A stretch of DNA of 63,693 bases, counting the filler, from Stramenopiles sp. TOSAG23-3 (taxonomy: Eukaryota), in the NCBI GenBank assembly GCA_900128585.1. It is 9 parts of 9 records of this genome, joined end to end, with 100 filler letters (N's around TTAATTAATTAA, not from the genome) between each part and the next. Parts side by side here need not be neighbours in the genome. Positions count along the whole stretch, not along the records: positions 21,322 to 28,320 come from LT643217.1; positions 28,421 to 35,412 come from LT643218.1; 7 more parts are not named here. The stretch is one strand, 5' to 3'. This document shows, in pieces, positions 21,505 to 33,207 of the stretch. The translations under genes and the position numbers were made by a program. Within the stretch, counting starts at the first letter, position 1, and the number at the start of each line of letters is the position of its first letter. The notes beneath the pieces are model-generated. The model had not been told where the DNA came from and ran no database searches. It was given only the letters and a program-made list of their open reading frames with translations.

Positions 21505-22689
21505 ATGTTAACAAATGTCCACGAATGCGTCGAGAAAATGGTGAAACTGGCAGAAGAGGTGGAGATCGTCCACGCAGATGGGTTGAAAACTTCCCAAGTG
21601 TGGTGGCAAACCCATCACACCGTAAATGCTTTGGTCTGGGAAATCTTTACGTTCAAGGTAACCCAAGAAGAAGGGGAGATGGACCTTATCGATTTACGAA
21701 AAGCTCGGCAGCTTCAGCTGTACACCAAGATCAGCGATTTCGCGCGCTTTAAGAGTGTTGTGCTGCGCGGGTGTGGGAAGAGCGCCGTCATCCCTCTCGA
21801 CAAAGAGCTTCAGAACGAAGTGTTGGTGATTGAAAAGATGCTGCTCGACAATTTTGGCGATTTAAAGCGAATCTTTGAGCATTATGCTGCGGGGGCTGAC
21901 GGTGGCCATAGCGAACGAATGAGTCTGAACGAATTTTGGGATTTAGTCAAAGATTGTGCGTTCACAAAATCGCAAGGAACGGACCATAGTGCCATAAAGA
22001 AGGAATTGTTCAACACGATGTATTTGAAAGCAAGCGATCACAAAGCAAAGTCGAACGTAAGCGTCGATGAGATCGAGATCTTGCCGGACGCTTTTGTTGA
22101 GACCCTCTTGGAAATTTCCTTCCGCAAGTTTCGGAAAGAGCAATCGTTGTCAAAGAGGTTCTCAACTCTGCTTTCTCGATACCTTTTGCCGAAAGCGTGC
22201 AGGACCAATACAGAGAGCTTTCGTGCGGAAATCAGTCAAGACGACATCCAAGCTGTATTCAAGAAGCATTCCAGTCACCTTCGGAAAGTTTTCTCGTACT
22301 ACGCTGCACAGACGGCAAAAGCTGAGAAAAAGGCTGGCAACAAAACGATAGGCGAGGAGGCAGGGATGAATTTAGACGCATGGATTCGTTTGCTCCGGGA
22401 CACCAAGGTGCTTACCCGGCCGGGCGATATGAGGCACGATTTCCCCGACGAGTCGGCTAGAAAAGTTTTTGTCAACGTTCAAATGGGGGGCGATGATGAT
22501 GCCGAAGCCAGCAGCAGTGGTAGTGCCGACGACAGCATGATCTTTTTGGAGTTTTTGGAAGCGGTTGCCGCGACGGCATGCTTTAAAATTGTCAACCCGT
22601 ACACACCCTTGGCCACGAGGTTGGAGACTTTCTTGAAAGAGTTGTTCCTGGACCCCGCCCTAAAAGTCATTAAACAGAGAAAGAAATAA
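21505..22689 (+). CDS. Hypothetical protein with degenerate EF-hand-like repeats
   Basis: 394-aa ORF with repeated LKRIFEHYA / LRKVFSYYA, MSLNEFWDLVKD and MIFLEFLEAVA elements. Confidence 0.6.
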   Translation: MLTNVHECVEKMVKLAEEVEIVHADGLKTSQVWWQTHHTVNALVWEIFTFKVTQEEGEMDLIDLRKARQLQLYTKISDFARFKSVVLRGCGKSAVIPLDKELQNEVLVIEKMLLDNFGDLKRIFEHYAAGADGGHSERMSLNEFWDLVKDCAFTKSQGTDHSAIKKELFNTMYLKASDHKAKSNVSVDEIEILPDAFVETLLEISFRKFRKEQSLSKRFSTLLSRYLLPKACRTNTESFRAEISQDDIQAVFKKHSSHLRKVFSYYAAQTAKAEKKAGNKTIGEEAGMNLDAWIRLLRDTKVLTRPGDMRHDFPDESARKVFVNVQMGGDDDAEASSSGSADDSMIFLEFLEAVAATACFKIVNPYTPLATRLETFLKELFLDPALKVIKQRKK

Positions 22690-23533
22690 ACAAAATAGAA
22701 AGAAAAATCTAATTCAGTTTATCTAAACAAAAGAGAGAGAAAAAATAAGTGAGTTAGTTTGTATTCTTCGTTGGTTTTTATAGTGTCCATTTACAATGTC
22801 GCATCGGTGTATTATTGCATTTTTTTATTTAACTTAAGATATAAAATTGTAATACCTGAAATAACATGAATAATTAAAATCTCGAAGGTTGTGTTTTTTC
22901 AATTATTTTTACTCTCCTCAAATGGTGCGTGTTGTTGTTTTTTTCGGAAACATCTTGGCTTCCTTGTATAAATACATACGTACTGTACGAGTATTAGAAT
23001 ACTACGAGTACTACGTAGACTATTAGCACTGGAAACAAATTATTGTATTATTGTACATTATTATTGCTTCGTGTCAATTCCCACAGAAGAGCTTGCCTAT
23101 TTCCCTAGTAATAAAATATTACCATGCCCTGAGCCCTGACATTGTTTTTATTTCTTCTTCCTTTTGTTCTGTCAAGTCGTCCTCTGATCCTCTGCTGATG
23201 AGAAGTGAGAAGAAAAGCTCGTCTTCAATGATATTGTACATTATGTATGTGGATGCTGCTAGCTGCACATTTTAAAAGTTGTACGCAGCAGCATGCAGCG
23301 CAGCATCATATCGGCTGCTGCCGGCTGCTGACGAATATAATAATAAAGAAGATCTTTACTTCTTTCAATTTGATTGATTCAAGTAATCTCTATAAGACAC
23401 ACTTGCTTGTTACCCAAATTATGTGCGCTACATTGACAGACGGTTTTATTTTGAAGTTGGTTACAAGGGATTAAAACGATAAACCATCAGATATTGAAAT
23501 TAAAGTTTTGACAAAGTAAAAAAACGAACTATT

Positions 23534-24436
23534 ATGAGCGACGGACTCCGCCAACGCAGGCCTTACAGCAGTGGCCAAACTAGCACCAGTAACTCGGACA
23601 ACAATGAAGCGGCAAGCAAGGTTGGAAAATTAATACCTCGGTCGAAGACCTTGATCGTGACGACGGCATTGTTCTTGATCGGAATATACATTGGTGGGTG
23701 GGCGCAAGCCCCCGCCAAAGTCTCATCGAAGATGGAGCTCAAGTACAACGACAAGTTAATGAAAGCTGATATGGTTGACGGTTTGCACACGGCACGGGGA
23801 GAGGTTCGGCAGGCCCACCAAGACGTCTACAACGCGAAAGACTGGTTTTGGAGATTCAATTCGGAAAAAAGGGCGAGAGTAGAACGCATGAATTCGCGTT
23901 TGTCGACTGCCTTGTCAAAGTTGAAGCCGCTGGAAGAGAAGCGCCACCAAATTATTTTGGCCGCAAAACACGAAGTGGGCGTATGGTCTCACTACGGGGT
24001 GGACGAAACTCGCGAGGCTTTCTGGCAAACGTTTCAAGACGGGAAAGACTTTGCAAAGCGCATGACCTTTTGGGACGTTATGTTTTCTGTAGGACGACGC
24101 GACGAAAATGGTGCTGCTCTCTTGGCACGTTGGGTGTTGCGAATTTTAAGCAATTACACCATGGGTATGATCTACACCCTTGTTGCATTTATGTGGCGGT
24201 TGTGGGGAATTGTCGCCTCGTACACCCCAAACTTTGCGAGTGGCTTGTTCTTTTATTTCTTGTCTGTCTTTGCTGCACTCAGTGTTATCGGGGCATTCCT
24301 GCTCCTGCTCTACACGACATGTATCGGCGGTATCTACATGTTGGTGAAGAACAGTGGGGCCAGGGTCCATCGTCGTGGGGTCCAACCAAATCGCAACATA
24401 GGTTACCAGCAACAGCAGTACTACGATGCCGACTAG
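23534..24436 (+). CDS. Hypothetical membrane protein (coiled-coil + 3-4 TM)
   Basis: ATG-started 300-aa ORF with coding-like composition, flanked by AT-rich DNA. Confidence 0.65.
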   Translation: MSDGLRQRRPYSSGQTSTSNSDNNEAASKVGKLIPRSKTLIVTTALFLIGIYIGGWAQAPAKVSSKMELKYNDKLMKADMVDGLHTARGEVRQAHQDVYNAKDWFWRFNSEKRARVERMNSRLSTALSKLKPLEEKRHQIILAAKHEVGVWSHYGVDETREAFWQTFQDGKDFAKRMTFWDVMFSVGRRDENGAALLARWVLRILSNYTMGMIYTLVAFMWRLWGIVASYTPNFASGLFFYFLSVFAALSVIGAFLLLLYTTCIGGIYMLVKNSGARVHRRGVQPNRNIGYQQQQYYDAD

Positions 24437-24633
24437 TTGCTGCGCGCAAAAGAAGAAGAGAGATAGAGAAACAAAGTATCTTAAGCTTAACACCGGACTG
24501 AGCGGAGAGACGGTTGTGGAAAATAAAAGTTGTGACGGAACGTAGCATCAAAATTTTAATTTTCTAACCTCGTGTTTATTGCCGTTAAAGAATTAAGAGC
24601 ACTACTACAGATATTTGTGTTACACACATCTCT

Positions 24634-26082
24634 TTATTTTTTTAACCCCCTTCCTTCTAATTTGAACGATGTCCTACAACCGCCCATTGCCGTTTTTCGG
24701 CTGCACGACTTTATGTACAACTTGGGGTAGGTTGTGTCTACTTTAATCCGAGTTGCATTTTCAACCGTTCGTTTCAACCAACAATCCCCACCGTCCAGCA
24801 GTACGAACCCCATGCAGTCAGGCAGGTCGCTGCAAATGTTTTCCACCTGCACAACAGATTTACCAACCAATTGCATGATATCGTTCCCTTTTATGTCTAT
24901 CCCAATGAATGCTTCGTATGACGCGTTGAAGGAAACCTGTGGTGCAAAAAACCTTCGAGATGGCTGGGCGTCGCTAACGCAATTTTGTATTATGTTGAAT
25001 ACCTTTCGAATAGAGATCTTGTCATTCGCAACAAATGGGGGTCTATTGTTAAGGTCTATCAATTCTTTGGGGAAATCGTTTCCACCGTATACTGGTTTTC
25101 TGGCAATAGTCACTTCGCCGCCTAACACTTCGTGTTTGTTTAATTCTGCTATCAAAGAGTCCCGCTTTTCCTTTGTGTCCGCGTTGGTGTATCCTATGTG
25201 CACTGCTACTGCATTTAAAGCCTCCAGGCGCTCCTTCGGAAGTGGCCCGTGCTGCTGAAGTCGAAAAAGAACCATATCCCATGCCCAATTGTCAGTGAAG
25301 CAAAAGTGTTCGTAATTAAGAACCAGGGATACCCACTCCGCTTTGGAAATGCAGATGGGCGTGTACATCCCCCCGCTCGTTGCCAAAATACCCCAATGGA
25401 TGTTCTTAACAGCAACTTTTCGTGCTTCGCGGAGCCACTTGAAAAAATCTCTGTGGGGGTACATATCATCTTCAAAATAACAAATTTGTTCGGGGTGCTT
25501 TTCCCGCCAGGCGTGATTCATCAGCCACCACCAGAAGCTACGCAATCGACCAAAACGAAAATTAGTGTCGTATTTCCACCTGTCGTGCCCAGGCCGAGTA
25601 TGGAAGGAGACAGGCACACCAACATCTGCTTTTCGCGCCACCTCCTCTATATCCTCTAAAGCATCAAAATCTTTGTAAAACACGATCTCATCGGGCTTTT
25701 CCGATAGATTAGCAAACCCGGCAAGGGTGTACTTCAAAATTGCTTTCCGCCTCTGTATAGCCATAACGACAATAGTTCCTGAGTTGGTAGTGGGAGGTGT
25801 CTTACCAACGGTCCTGGCAGGAGCGGTAGGCGTGTTGCCCGAGGTCGTCGTAGCAGCACTCGGTGCAGGCCGCAATGCTTTGGAAAAATGTTTTGGCCCA
25901 ATTGGCTCAATGTTCATGCGCCTTGCTCGTCCCAAGCGTTTTTGTTCCGACCGCAACGAATTAATCTCTTCATGGCTAGTTATGTATAACCCCAAAGGGC
26001 AAAGAGAAGCCACAAAGAAGCCACAAATATTAATACCAGCCCGAACAGCACTCTGCCCCATCCCATTTCCCAAAAAATGCAC
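24634..26082 (-). CDS. MGAT2-like GT-A glycosyltransferase with C-terminal PAN/apple-like Cys domain
   Basis: Type II TM anchor; SFWWWLMNHAW, YFEDD (DxD-like) and FCFTDNWAWD resemble MGAT2 HHWWWK/EED/FCTYDDYNWD; C-terminal C..LPDCMGF..CWLK. Confidence 0.65.
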   Translation of the reverse strand: MHFLGNGMGQSAVRAGINICGFFVASLCPLGLYITSHEEINSLRSEQKRLGRARRMNIEPIGPKHFSKALRPAPSAATTTSGNTPTAPARTVGKTPPTTNSGTIVVMAIQRRKAILKYTLAGFANLSEKPDEIVFYKDFDALEDIEEVARKADVGVPVSFHTRPGHDRWKYDTNFRFGRLRSFWWWLMNHAWREKHPEQICYFEDDMYPHRDFFKWLREARKVAVKNIHWGILATSGGMYTPICISKAEWVSLVLNYEHFCFTDNWAWDMVLFRLQQHGPLPKERLEALNAVAVHIGYTNADTKEKRDSLIAELNKHEVLGGEVTIARKPVYGGNDFPKELIDLNNRPPFVANDKISIRKVFNIIQNCVSDAQPSRRFFAPQVSFNASYEAFIGIDIKGNDIMQLVGKSVVQVENICSDLPDCMGFVLLDGGDCWLKRTVENATRIKVDTTYPKLYIKSCSRKTAMGGCRTSFKLEGRGLKK

Positions 26083-26928
26083 AAGTTGCGACCTACTTGC
26101 TCTGTTTCAGTGCGACAGTAATCGCAAATGCAATTGAATCAACTGGAAATGAAAAGAAATCTAAATAGCGAGCGGGGTTGAAATGGAACGGGATATTCCG
26201 AGACCTCCCCTAGGCTTTATTGATGTATAATGGTACAAAATAATTTTTGAATTTGAAATCCTCGCGCTCAATAAAAAACTGCTGCTTCGTATTGTAAATT
26301 GGTAATATAATAATAGGCAGCAGCAGCAGCAAAAAAAAAAAAGAAACACAGTTTTTTCCAGCAGAGGAATACAGAGTAAGTTCGAGTAGTATGTAGACTA
26401 CGTATAGCTAATTATACGAAGTAATAAAAAGCGATTTTGTAAAATAAAAAACAGTAGTATTTTAATAGTCTAGTATTTTTTGCAAATAATAAAAAAGAAG
26501 AAATCCATCTTCTTTCTGTCTCTACTCGTAGACTATTATCATCCTATTCCTATTATTCAAAAAGCTGTGAAGAAGGAGGACGGCCAACAACCAGAACAGA
26601 TCCACCAACAGAACCGACCGCCACAGGAATTTTAGTCAGTCACCACCACCAACAAAAAATATAATAATAATAATAAATAATAATATCTTTTTTTTTTTTT
26701 ATTATTTATTATTAGACTAATATATTTTATAAAACATTATACTACTATACTATTATTACTACTATAAAAAATATATTCAATTATCATCTCTTCTTACACT
26801 AAACTTCAACTACAAATGAAATGTCGGCAACCGGCATTGATAAGTTGGAAAATTCCTACATTTTAACGCCTTCAAACTTCCTTTATTGTTAAGATTAATA
26901 CCTACAGGATCAACAGATGCTATAGATA

Positions 26929-27840
26929 ATGCCTTTAGAAAAGCTGCCACAGTTATTGGCACGGTTGTACCTTCGCAAAATCCAACATCTCCCGGACAGT
27001 TTTACCCTCCGCTCTCACGGGTGGAGCGCTGTTGCCAATGCTCAATCAATCACACACTTTCCTGCTGCTATTAGAAACAGCGATGTGCTCTCCGACAGAT
27101 CATTGCATATGTCTAGGTTATTCCCTTTTTTGCCAGTTTCAGAGGATAGTTTGAAGATGTATGACGATGTTAATGACAAAACATTTCTGAAGTCCGTCGT
27201 GAGGTTGTGTTTCGAGCAAGCAGACCCTGTTCAGACAGAATTGTTTTCGGGACCAGGGATAATAGAACAGCAGAGGCAGCTGCAGGCACGGTCCAGCCGA
27301 GTTGTATCGAAAGAAGGCGTTCTGTTAGATATCGAGACAGAGTTCTTGCAGACGGCTAGTAGCAGGGGGCACCATTTCAAGTACAGGGTGAGCGTTCAAA
27401 ATCAATCAAAAAAATCTGTTCAAGTAGTTTCAAGGCACTGGAGGTTTATATCAGACCGAGACGATGACCTACAAGTAATTGGGGATGGAATATTGGGGAA
27501 AATGCCAATTTTAGCCCCTGGGGACACCATAGTATACTCAAGTTTTTCTGGACCGTTAAAAAGTGATTTTGCAAACATGTCCGGAAGCTTACTGATGCGT
27601 TTCTGTGAAATAAACGATCTCCCAAACCTGGACTTGGGATGTGGGTTTTCAGCGATCCAGCTCGAGGAAGGCCAGCCCTTTTTTAATTTTTTGAGTGATG
27701 GGTCTTACAAAACAAAGTCTGATGTAGAAAACAACCACAACCTTTACAACCACACAGCATTTTCTGCGAGCGATGATTATTTTTCCGTCGACGTCGCCAA
27801 AACTTTGATGATTTCACCAGACTACGAAGGCGAGGATTGA
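26929..27840 (+). CDS. ApaG-domain protein
   Basis: FKYRVSVQN, VQVVSRHWRF, GDGILGKMPILAPG (ApaG GxGxxG motif), MSGS. Confidence 0.85.
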   Translation: MPLEKLPQLLARLYLRKIQHLPDSFTLRSHGWSAVANAQSITHFPAAIRNSDVLSDRSLHMSRLFPFLPVSEDSLKMYDDVNDKTFLKSVVRLCFEQADPVQTELFSGPGIIEQQRQLQARSSRVVSKEGVLLDIETEFLQTASSRGHHFKYRVSVQNQSKKSVQVVSRHWRFISDRDDDLQVIGDGILGKMPILAPGDTIVYSSFSGPLKSDFANMSGSLLMRFCEINDLPNLDLGCGFSAIQLEEGQPFFNFLSDGSYKTKSDVENNHNLYNHTAFSASDDYFSVDVAKTLMISPDYEGED

Positions 27841-27877
27841 TGATTGTGGCTACGAAGGCGAGGATTGATGATTGTGG
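27822..27877 (+). repeat. Perfect 28-bp tandem duplication spanning the ApaG stop codon
   Basis: ctacgaaggcgaggattgatgattgtgg x2. Confidence 0.9.
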
Positions 27878-28420
27878 AATATCTTTCACAATTTCTGGTG
27901 CAGCAAATACTTACCAACAATATCTTTTAACAGGAGAATTGATAATACGAAGCTACTACTGTATTATTATTTTATTTCATATGATGTAGTACCCTGAACC
28001 CTGAACCCTATTATTTTATAAATAGTGCCCTTCTTCTTTTTTTGTTCTTCCCCTTTTCATAGTCCTAATTATTAATTATTATAATAGGACTACGTAGGTC
28101 TTATTACATTATAGGGTTATTAATTATAACTAGTCTAGTCGTCTACGTAGTATTCCTCCTCTTTTCTCTCTCGCCTCTCGTTCGCTCCTCTCCTCCCTCT
28201 TTTCATCTTTCATCTTTTTTCATCATCGCGAGCGTTTTTCCTACAGTAGAAACAGTTGTTTACGAGCAGATGAATTTTTTTATTTTTTTTTTATTTTTTA
28301 TTTTTTGATTATTTTTTGATNNNNNNNNNNNNNNNNNNNNNNNNNNNNNNNNNNNNNNNNNNNNTTAATTAATTAANNNNNNNNNNNNNNNNNNNNNNNN
28401 NNNNNNNNNNNNNNNNNNNN

Positions 28421-28522
28421 AATTTGCACAATAACAACATTGGTGCTGAAGGGGCAAAATATGTTGCAGAGGCGTTGAAAGTGAATACTTCGTTGACAGC
28501 AGAGATTAATTTTTGTGATTAA
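28421..28522 (+). CDS. 3' end of an RNI-like (NLRC3-type) leucine-rich-repeat protein, partial
   Basis: Manual translation NLHNNNIGAEGAKYVAEALKVNTSLT from the contig edge; not in the ORF track. Confidence 0.7.
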   Translation, partial: NLHNNNIGAEGAKYVAEALKVNTSLTAEINFCD

Positions 28523-28886
28523 CCGTCGAATAATTTTTTTATGAGTACGAAAAGTAAATACTTTCGTATTCATTTTAGCAAACAACTTTTTGATAGTTTG
28601 AACGGACGATGAATACCAGAAAGTCTTATTCTGGGACAAGGAGGAGTTTGGGTTCTACCTTGAACGGTTTTACCTTCTTTTTTCTTTTCTTTTTTGAGAG
28701 TCTTTAAAACATACTATAATATAATTTGTTTTTTTCATATCATAAGATAAGAATTATCTTAACATATGTTAAATAACAGCATGTAAACTTTATTTATTTT
28801 TTAAAACTTAATGCAATTGCAAATACTCAACCGCTTACAAAGAACGTTTGGCATAACTTGAACCGTGCATATCCTGGAAGTCCATT

Positions 28887-29489
28887 TTACTCGTCGTCAT
28901 CCAACTGCCCGCAGTCTGAGATGACAACGGGTGCAGACGTGGCGCCGGCAGGGGAGGAGCCGTAGGACTCTATCTCGGACACCACGTCCATCCCATCGAC
29001 CACTTCCCCAAAGACCACATGCTTATTGTCCAACCACGATGTCACAACGGTGGTGATAAAAAATTGACTTCCGTTTGTATCTTTTCCGGCGTTGGCCATG
29101 GACAAGAGTCCAGGTTTGCTGTGTGTTTTCTTAAAATTTTCGTCCTCGAACTTTTCTCCGTAAATCGATTCGCCCCCAGTGCCGTTGTGAGCCGTAAAGT
29201 CTCCCCCTTGACACATAAAGTCCGGGATCACACGGTGGAAGGAGCTCCCTTTGTAGTGAAGTGGAAAGCCCTTGCTTCCGACTCCCATTTCACCCGTGCA
29301 CAAAGCGCGAAAGTTTTCTGCCGTTTTAGGGACGACATCGTCGTAGAGTTTAAAAGTAATCCGCCCAACGTGCTTGCCACCAACGTCCATGTCGAAGAAT
29401 ACTTTTGTCATCGCGGCCCGCGACGCATGAAAGTTGCGAACGGCAACCGTTCGATTTGCGGCTGACTTTGCTAGTACGGATAGAAACAT
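28887..29489 (-). CDS. Cyclophilin-type peptidyl-prolyl isomerase, probably mitochondrial
   Basis: [47 protein letters not shown]; Arg/Ala-rich presequence ending RNFHAS. Confidence 0.95.
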   Translation of the reverse strand: MFLSVLAKSAANRTVAVRNFHASRAAMTKVFFDMDVGGKHVGRITFKLYDDVVPKTAENFRALCTGEMGVGSKGFPLHYKGSSFHRVIPDFMCQGGDFTAHNGTGGESIYGEKFEDENFKKTHSKPGLLSMANAGKDTNGSQFFITTVVTSWLDNKHVVFGEVVDGMDVVSEIESYGSSPAGATSAPVVISDCGQLDDDE

Positions 29490-30618
29490 CGTTTATGAAA
29501 AAAATTGATTGAAGGGCGGTCGTTGGTAGATGTGTCTTGCTTTTCTACTTTGCTTTCAGTGCGCCTAATTGTTCTACACTGATTGTATTTAATGTCTTTC
29601 TACTATCATTATGAGTGTGTTGTGTAAACAGGCGGACGGGTGGAGAATGGAGAAGAAGACAGAATAATATAAGAAGAAAGAAGAGGAAGACATCGATCGG
29701 AGGAAGAAGAAAGAAGAGAAAAAAGAAGAAGAAGAAAAAAAAGAAGAAGAAAGAAGAAAGAAGAAAAGAAGAAGGAAAAAAAAGAAGAAAAAAAAAGAAG
29801 AAAAAAAAAGAAGAACGAAGAAGAAGAAGAGAAGTGGATGGTGAGTGATGATGAAGCGCTTAATTCATTAGTCTAATTAATTATTCTAGCCATAATAGTT
29901 AATAATAATACCAAACAACAAACCATTCATTCATCCTCCATTTCTTTTTTTTGTTTTTGCCTTTTTGTTCTTTTAGGGTTTTTTTATTTCTGTGTGGTTG
30001 GTGTGTGGTTCTTCTTTTTTATAATGCTGCTGGTATTATTATATACAAAATACTACTACGGAATAATAAAGGTGTAGAAAATGATGATGATGGATTTTAA
30101 GTTATTTTATTAGACTAATTAGATGATAGTATGTCGTACGCCGTACGCCGTACGCCTCGCCTCGTACAGTAAACACTAATATTTCATAAATAAAAAAGTA
30201 AAACGATTTCTTCTATAAATAAAAAACAAATATTATTATATGAACGAACGTCAGATAAAAACTAATATCCCATTCTTAATAGAGTTATTATTATTATAGT
30301 TAAAATGATGTACATAATAAAATAATAATAATATATTAAAAAAAAAATTTAGACACTGTATATATTTTATCGTTATTATTTGTGTGATAAGATGTTGTTA
30401 TCTAATATCATATATTTTGGAATGTACTACCATACTATTATATTTAGAGATTTAATATAGAAAATAAGTGAATGAATGCATGATTGGAACAACGAAGAAT
30501 TTTGGTTTGATCCGATGCCCGTTTTGTATGGGAAAAGAGAGGCCAAAACGTTTGAGAACAAAAATAGTGCACCCTTTGAAAGCAGATTCGTAGTTGGTAC
30601 TTTGCCGGCACGGAATCT

Positions 30619-31566
30619 ATGGCGCAAAGTTCAGGGGTTGCCAACGATCCTAGTGCTTCCGGTGAGTCGGTTGGGTACCTACGATACGGGGATGTCATTG
30701 CGTTGTATACGTTGGCCACGCCATCTGGGTACGGGCGTGGGTTTTGCCAAGGGGACGGGATCATCGACGATGCGCTACGAATACACGTCTCCGACTCCAA
30801 TCACCAGACTGGCTACCCGTTCGATATGCGAAAATGTTTGTTTCGAGTCGTGCCAATGTGCCAGTACGCAGCTCAAGAAGAGTACAAAAACAAGATCAAC
30901 CAACTCGACGAAGAGGGCAGAGACAAGACGGAAAAACATATACAAGAGTACATGGGTGTATTGAACGAAAGTTCTGAGAAAGAGATTGAAATGAACAAGC
31001 TGTCGATGGAACGACGAATTAATGAAGGGGAAACCGTGCGTTATGGCTCGGCCATTCAACTCGTCCACATTGCTACCAAAAAATATATCCGGTTCGACAG
31101 CAATAAATTGGCCTACCACGAAAAAGATGCATTGCATGCGGAGCTCTCGGAACACGAATCGCAGCATAACTGGATGACTATAGCCCCTAGATATAGCATT
31201 CGAAGCGTTGGGGACGACGTGCAAATTCGGGACGAGATTGTCTTGTCCTGTACCACGAAACCAGATCACTTTTTGCACATGGCGGAGTCTAAATCCCCGC
31301 ATCTCGAGCCATATTTTCCACACGATGGAAAATTGCACGAGTGTAACTTTTCTCACGAATCCATGGGGTGGGTCGTTCATCGTTTTCGTCTGAGCGCCTT
31401 TTCGCGTGATGGTCCGTTTGCCAATGCCTCGAAAACAAAGATGGTAGAAGCGGCCACACTTGTGAACCTGTTTCACGCAGAAACGCAATCGTACATGAAC
31501 TGCAGCTTAAATGGGATGAAGATTACGTCCAAAAAGGATGCGGCAGACTCTTCATTTCACTTTTAA
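30619..31566 (+). CDS. ITPR: IP3-receptor-like N-terminal (suppressor/MIR) fragment
   Basis: YLRYGDVIALY, CLFRVVPMCQYAAQ, VRYGSAIQLVH, IAPRYSIRSVGDDV, VNLFHAE. Confidence 0.8.
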   Translation: MAQSSGVANDPSASGESVGYLRYGDVIALYTLATPSGYGRGFCQGDGIIDDALRIHVSDSNHQTGYPFDMRKCLFRVVPMCQYAAQEEYKNKINQLDEEGRDKTEKHIQEYMGVLNESSEKEIEMNKLSMERRINEGETVRYGSAIQLVHIATKKYIRFDSNKLAYHEKDALHAELSEHESQHNWMTIAPRYSIRSVGDDVQIRDEIVLSCTTKPDHFLHMAESKSPHLEPYFPHDGKLHECNFSHESMGWVVHRFRLSAFSRDGPFANASKTKMVEAATLVNLFHAETQSYMNCSLNGMKITSKKDAADSSFHF

Positions 31567-32783
31567 TCAACATTCTTGCGATTGCTAATTTTGATCACGA
31601 CGAGATCACCGGCGAAGTCAAAATGCACCCGATGGACTTTCTCGGATACCTGTCAACTCCGGTTGACACTCGGAGGCTAACGGAGTACTTGTTGGTCGGC
31701 CAAGGTACTTCAAGCTCATACATCCTCTTGTCTTACTGTGTGCTCGAGATGCCTGTAATTTTCAAAAACAGCAAGCGCGCCCTCAGGAAAAAGAACGCAA
31801 ACCCTATCGCGCTACTGTACAAGCCAGTGTTGGCCACCCTTGGCGACCCTATGTTCATGTATTACGTCTTTTACGTAACGTTTGCAGTGATTGCGTGGAT
31901 TGACCCAAATGATCCCCGGGTTGGAGCTCTAATAGAACCTGGAAAGAAACATTTAGGTATGGGCCCCCTTTTCAGCACATTTCACCTCATGAGCATCTTG
32001 ATCCGAAACGAAACTGCCAGAAACATCGTAAACGCTGTCATTTACCCCTTTCGGCAACTGCGGGTTGCGGCAACTGTTGGCATATACTTGTTGTACATAT
32101 TTTCAATGTTCAACTTTTACTTTTATGCGGGTGACATGCCTAACAACGAGTGCGATTCTTTGCTAACTTGTTTTGTGTTTACGATAAACATGGGAGTAAG
32201 AAGCGGTGGTGGCATTGGGGACGTTCTGGCCGAACCATCGCTAGATGACGCAGATATAAAAACTGCAGGAGCAGAGGGGCTCTGGTACAAGCGTGCAGGA
32301 TATGACATGATTTTTTTTCTTGTTGTCATCATTATTCTCTTAAACATAATCTTTGGTATAATTATCGATACGTTCAGCGATCTTCGTTCACAAAAAGAGG
32401 CAAAAGAAGATTGCAAGCAGAATATGTGTTTTATTTGTGGCGTTGACCGAAACCGACTTGATCAAGAAGGCTCTGGGTTCAACGAGCACGTCGAGCGAGA
32501 GCACAATAAGTGGCACTACTTGTTTTACCTGATACACTGCCAGTTGACCAAAGAAACCGAACCGGATGATATGAACACCTTTGAACTGTACGTGCTGCAC
32601 TGTTATGAGAGCGATGACATTCGTTGGATTCCGTTAGGTACCGCTATGTGCTTGAAAGGGTCAGAAGAGGGAAGCGATGGGGAACTGTCCGTTGAGTCGC
32701 GCTTAAAAATAGTTCAACACGAAGTTGCTCAATTACGGTTAACCATGGAAAAGTTGTTACAGAAGAACAGCATTCCTCCCTAA
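31548..32783 (+). CDS. ITPR: IP3-receptor-like C-terminal channel fragment (different frame from the N-terminal fragment)
   Basis: Frame is open upstream of the ATG at 31623 through TM1-like LFISLLINILAIANF; GVRSGGGIGD selectivity filter, IIFGIIIDTFSDLR, CFICG...H...EHN zinc site. Confidence 0.85.
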   Translation, partial: LFISLLINILAIANFDHDEITGEVKMHPMDFLGYLSTPVDTRRLTEYLLVGQGTSSSYILLSYCVLEMPVIFKNSKRALRKKNANPIALLYKPVLATLGDPMFMYYVFYVTFAVIAWIDPNDPRVGALIEPGKKHLGMGPLFSTFHLMSILIRNETARNIVNAVIYPFRQLRVAATVGIYLLYIFSMFNFYFYAGDMPNNECDSLLTCFVFTINMGVRSGGGIGDVLAEPSLDDADIKTAGAEGLWYKRAGYDMIFFLVVIIILLNIIFGIIIDTFSDLRSQKEAKEDCKQNMCFICGVDRNRLDQEGSGFNEHVEREHNKWHYLFYLIHCQLTKETEPDDMNTFELYVLHCYESDDIRWIPLGTAMCLKGSEEGSDGELSVESRLKIVQHEVAQLRLTMEKLLQKNSIPP

Positions 32784-33207
32784 AATGTGGCGGGTGTTGT
32801 TTTCGTCTAGTAGTTACTAATTTAAATAAATATAAAAACAAAAAATTGGCTGTTATTTAAGATAATTTAATATATTTTATATTATATCAACAGATGATAT
32901 AGTACGCGTAGTCGAACCCAAGCTCACCACCGATATAAAATTCTTATGATATAATAATATAATACTACTACAGTAATAATACCAGGTACCTGGTACCAAG
33001 GAAAAATAATAATAATCATTCATCAGGTGTGGAGGATGAATTGGAAATTTCAGACGAAAGGGTGTCATATAACACGTTGCACCCGATATTGTTTTTTATC
33101 TTGTAGGAATTCCAAACGGGAGTAAAACAATAGGATACCAAGAAGAAGTTTCTATCTACTCTATTTTAGGTACTGCATATTGTCTGAAACACCGCCACAA
33201 AAAGACA

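Noticed and set aside
27991-28010. Telomere-like (CCCTGAA) repeats
   Set aside because: Fewer than three units and not at the contig end.
29615-29848. Lys/Arg/Glu- or Phe/Ser-rich ORFs (also 36616-37064, 38863-39111, 42703-42936, 46908-47316)
   Set aside because: Translations of (GAA)n/(TTC)n low-complexity intergenic tracts.
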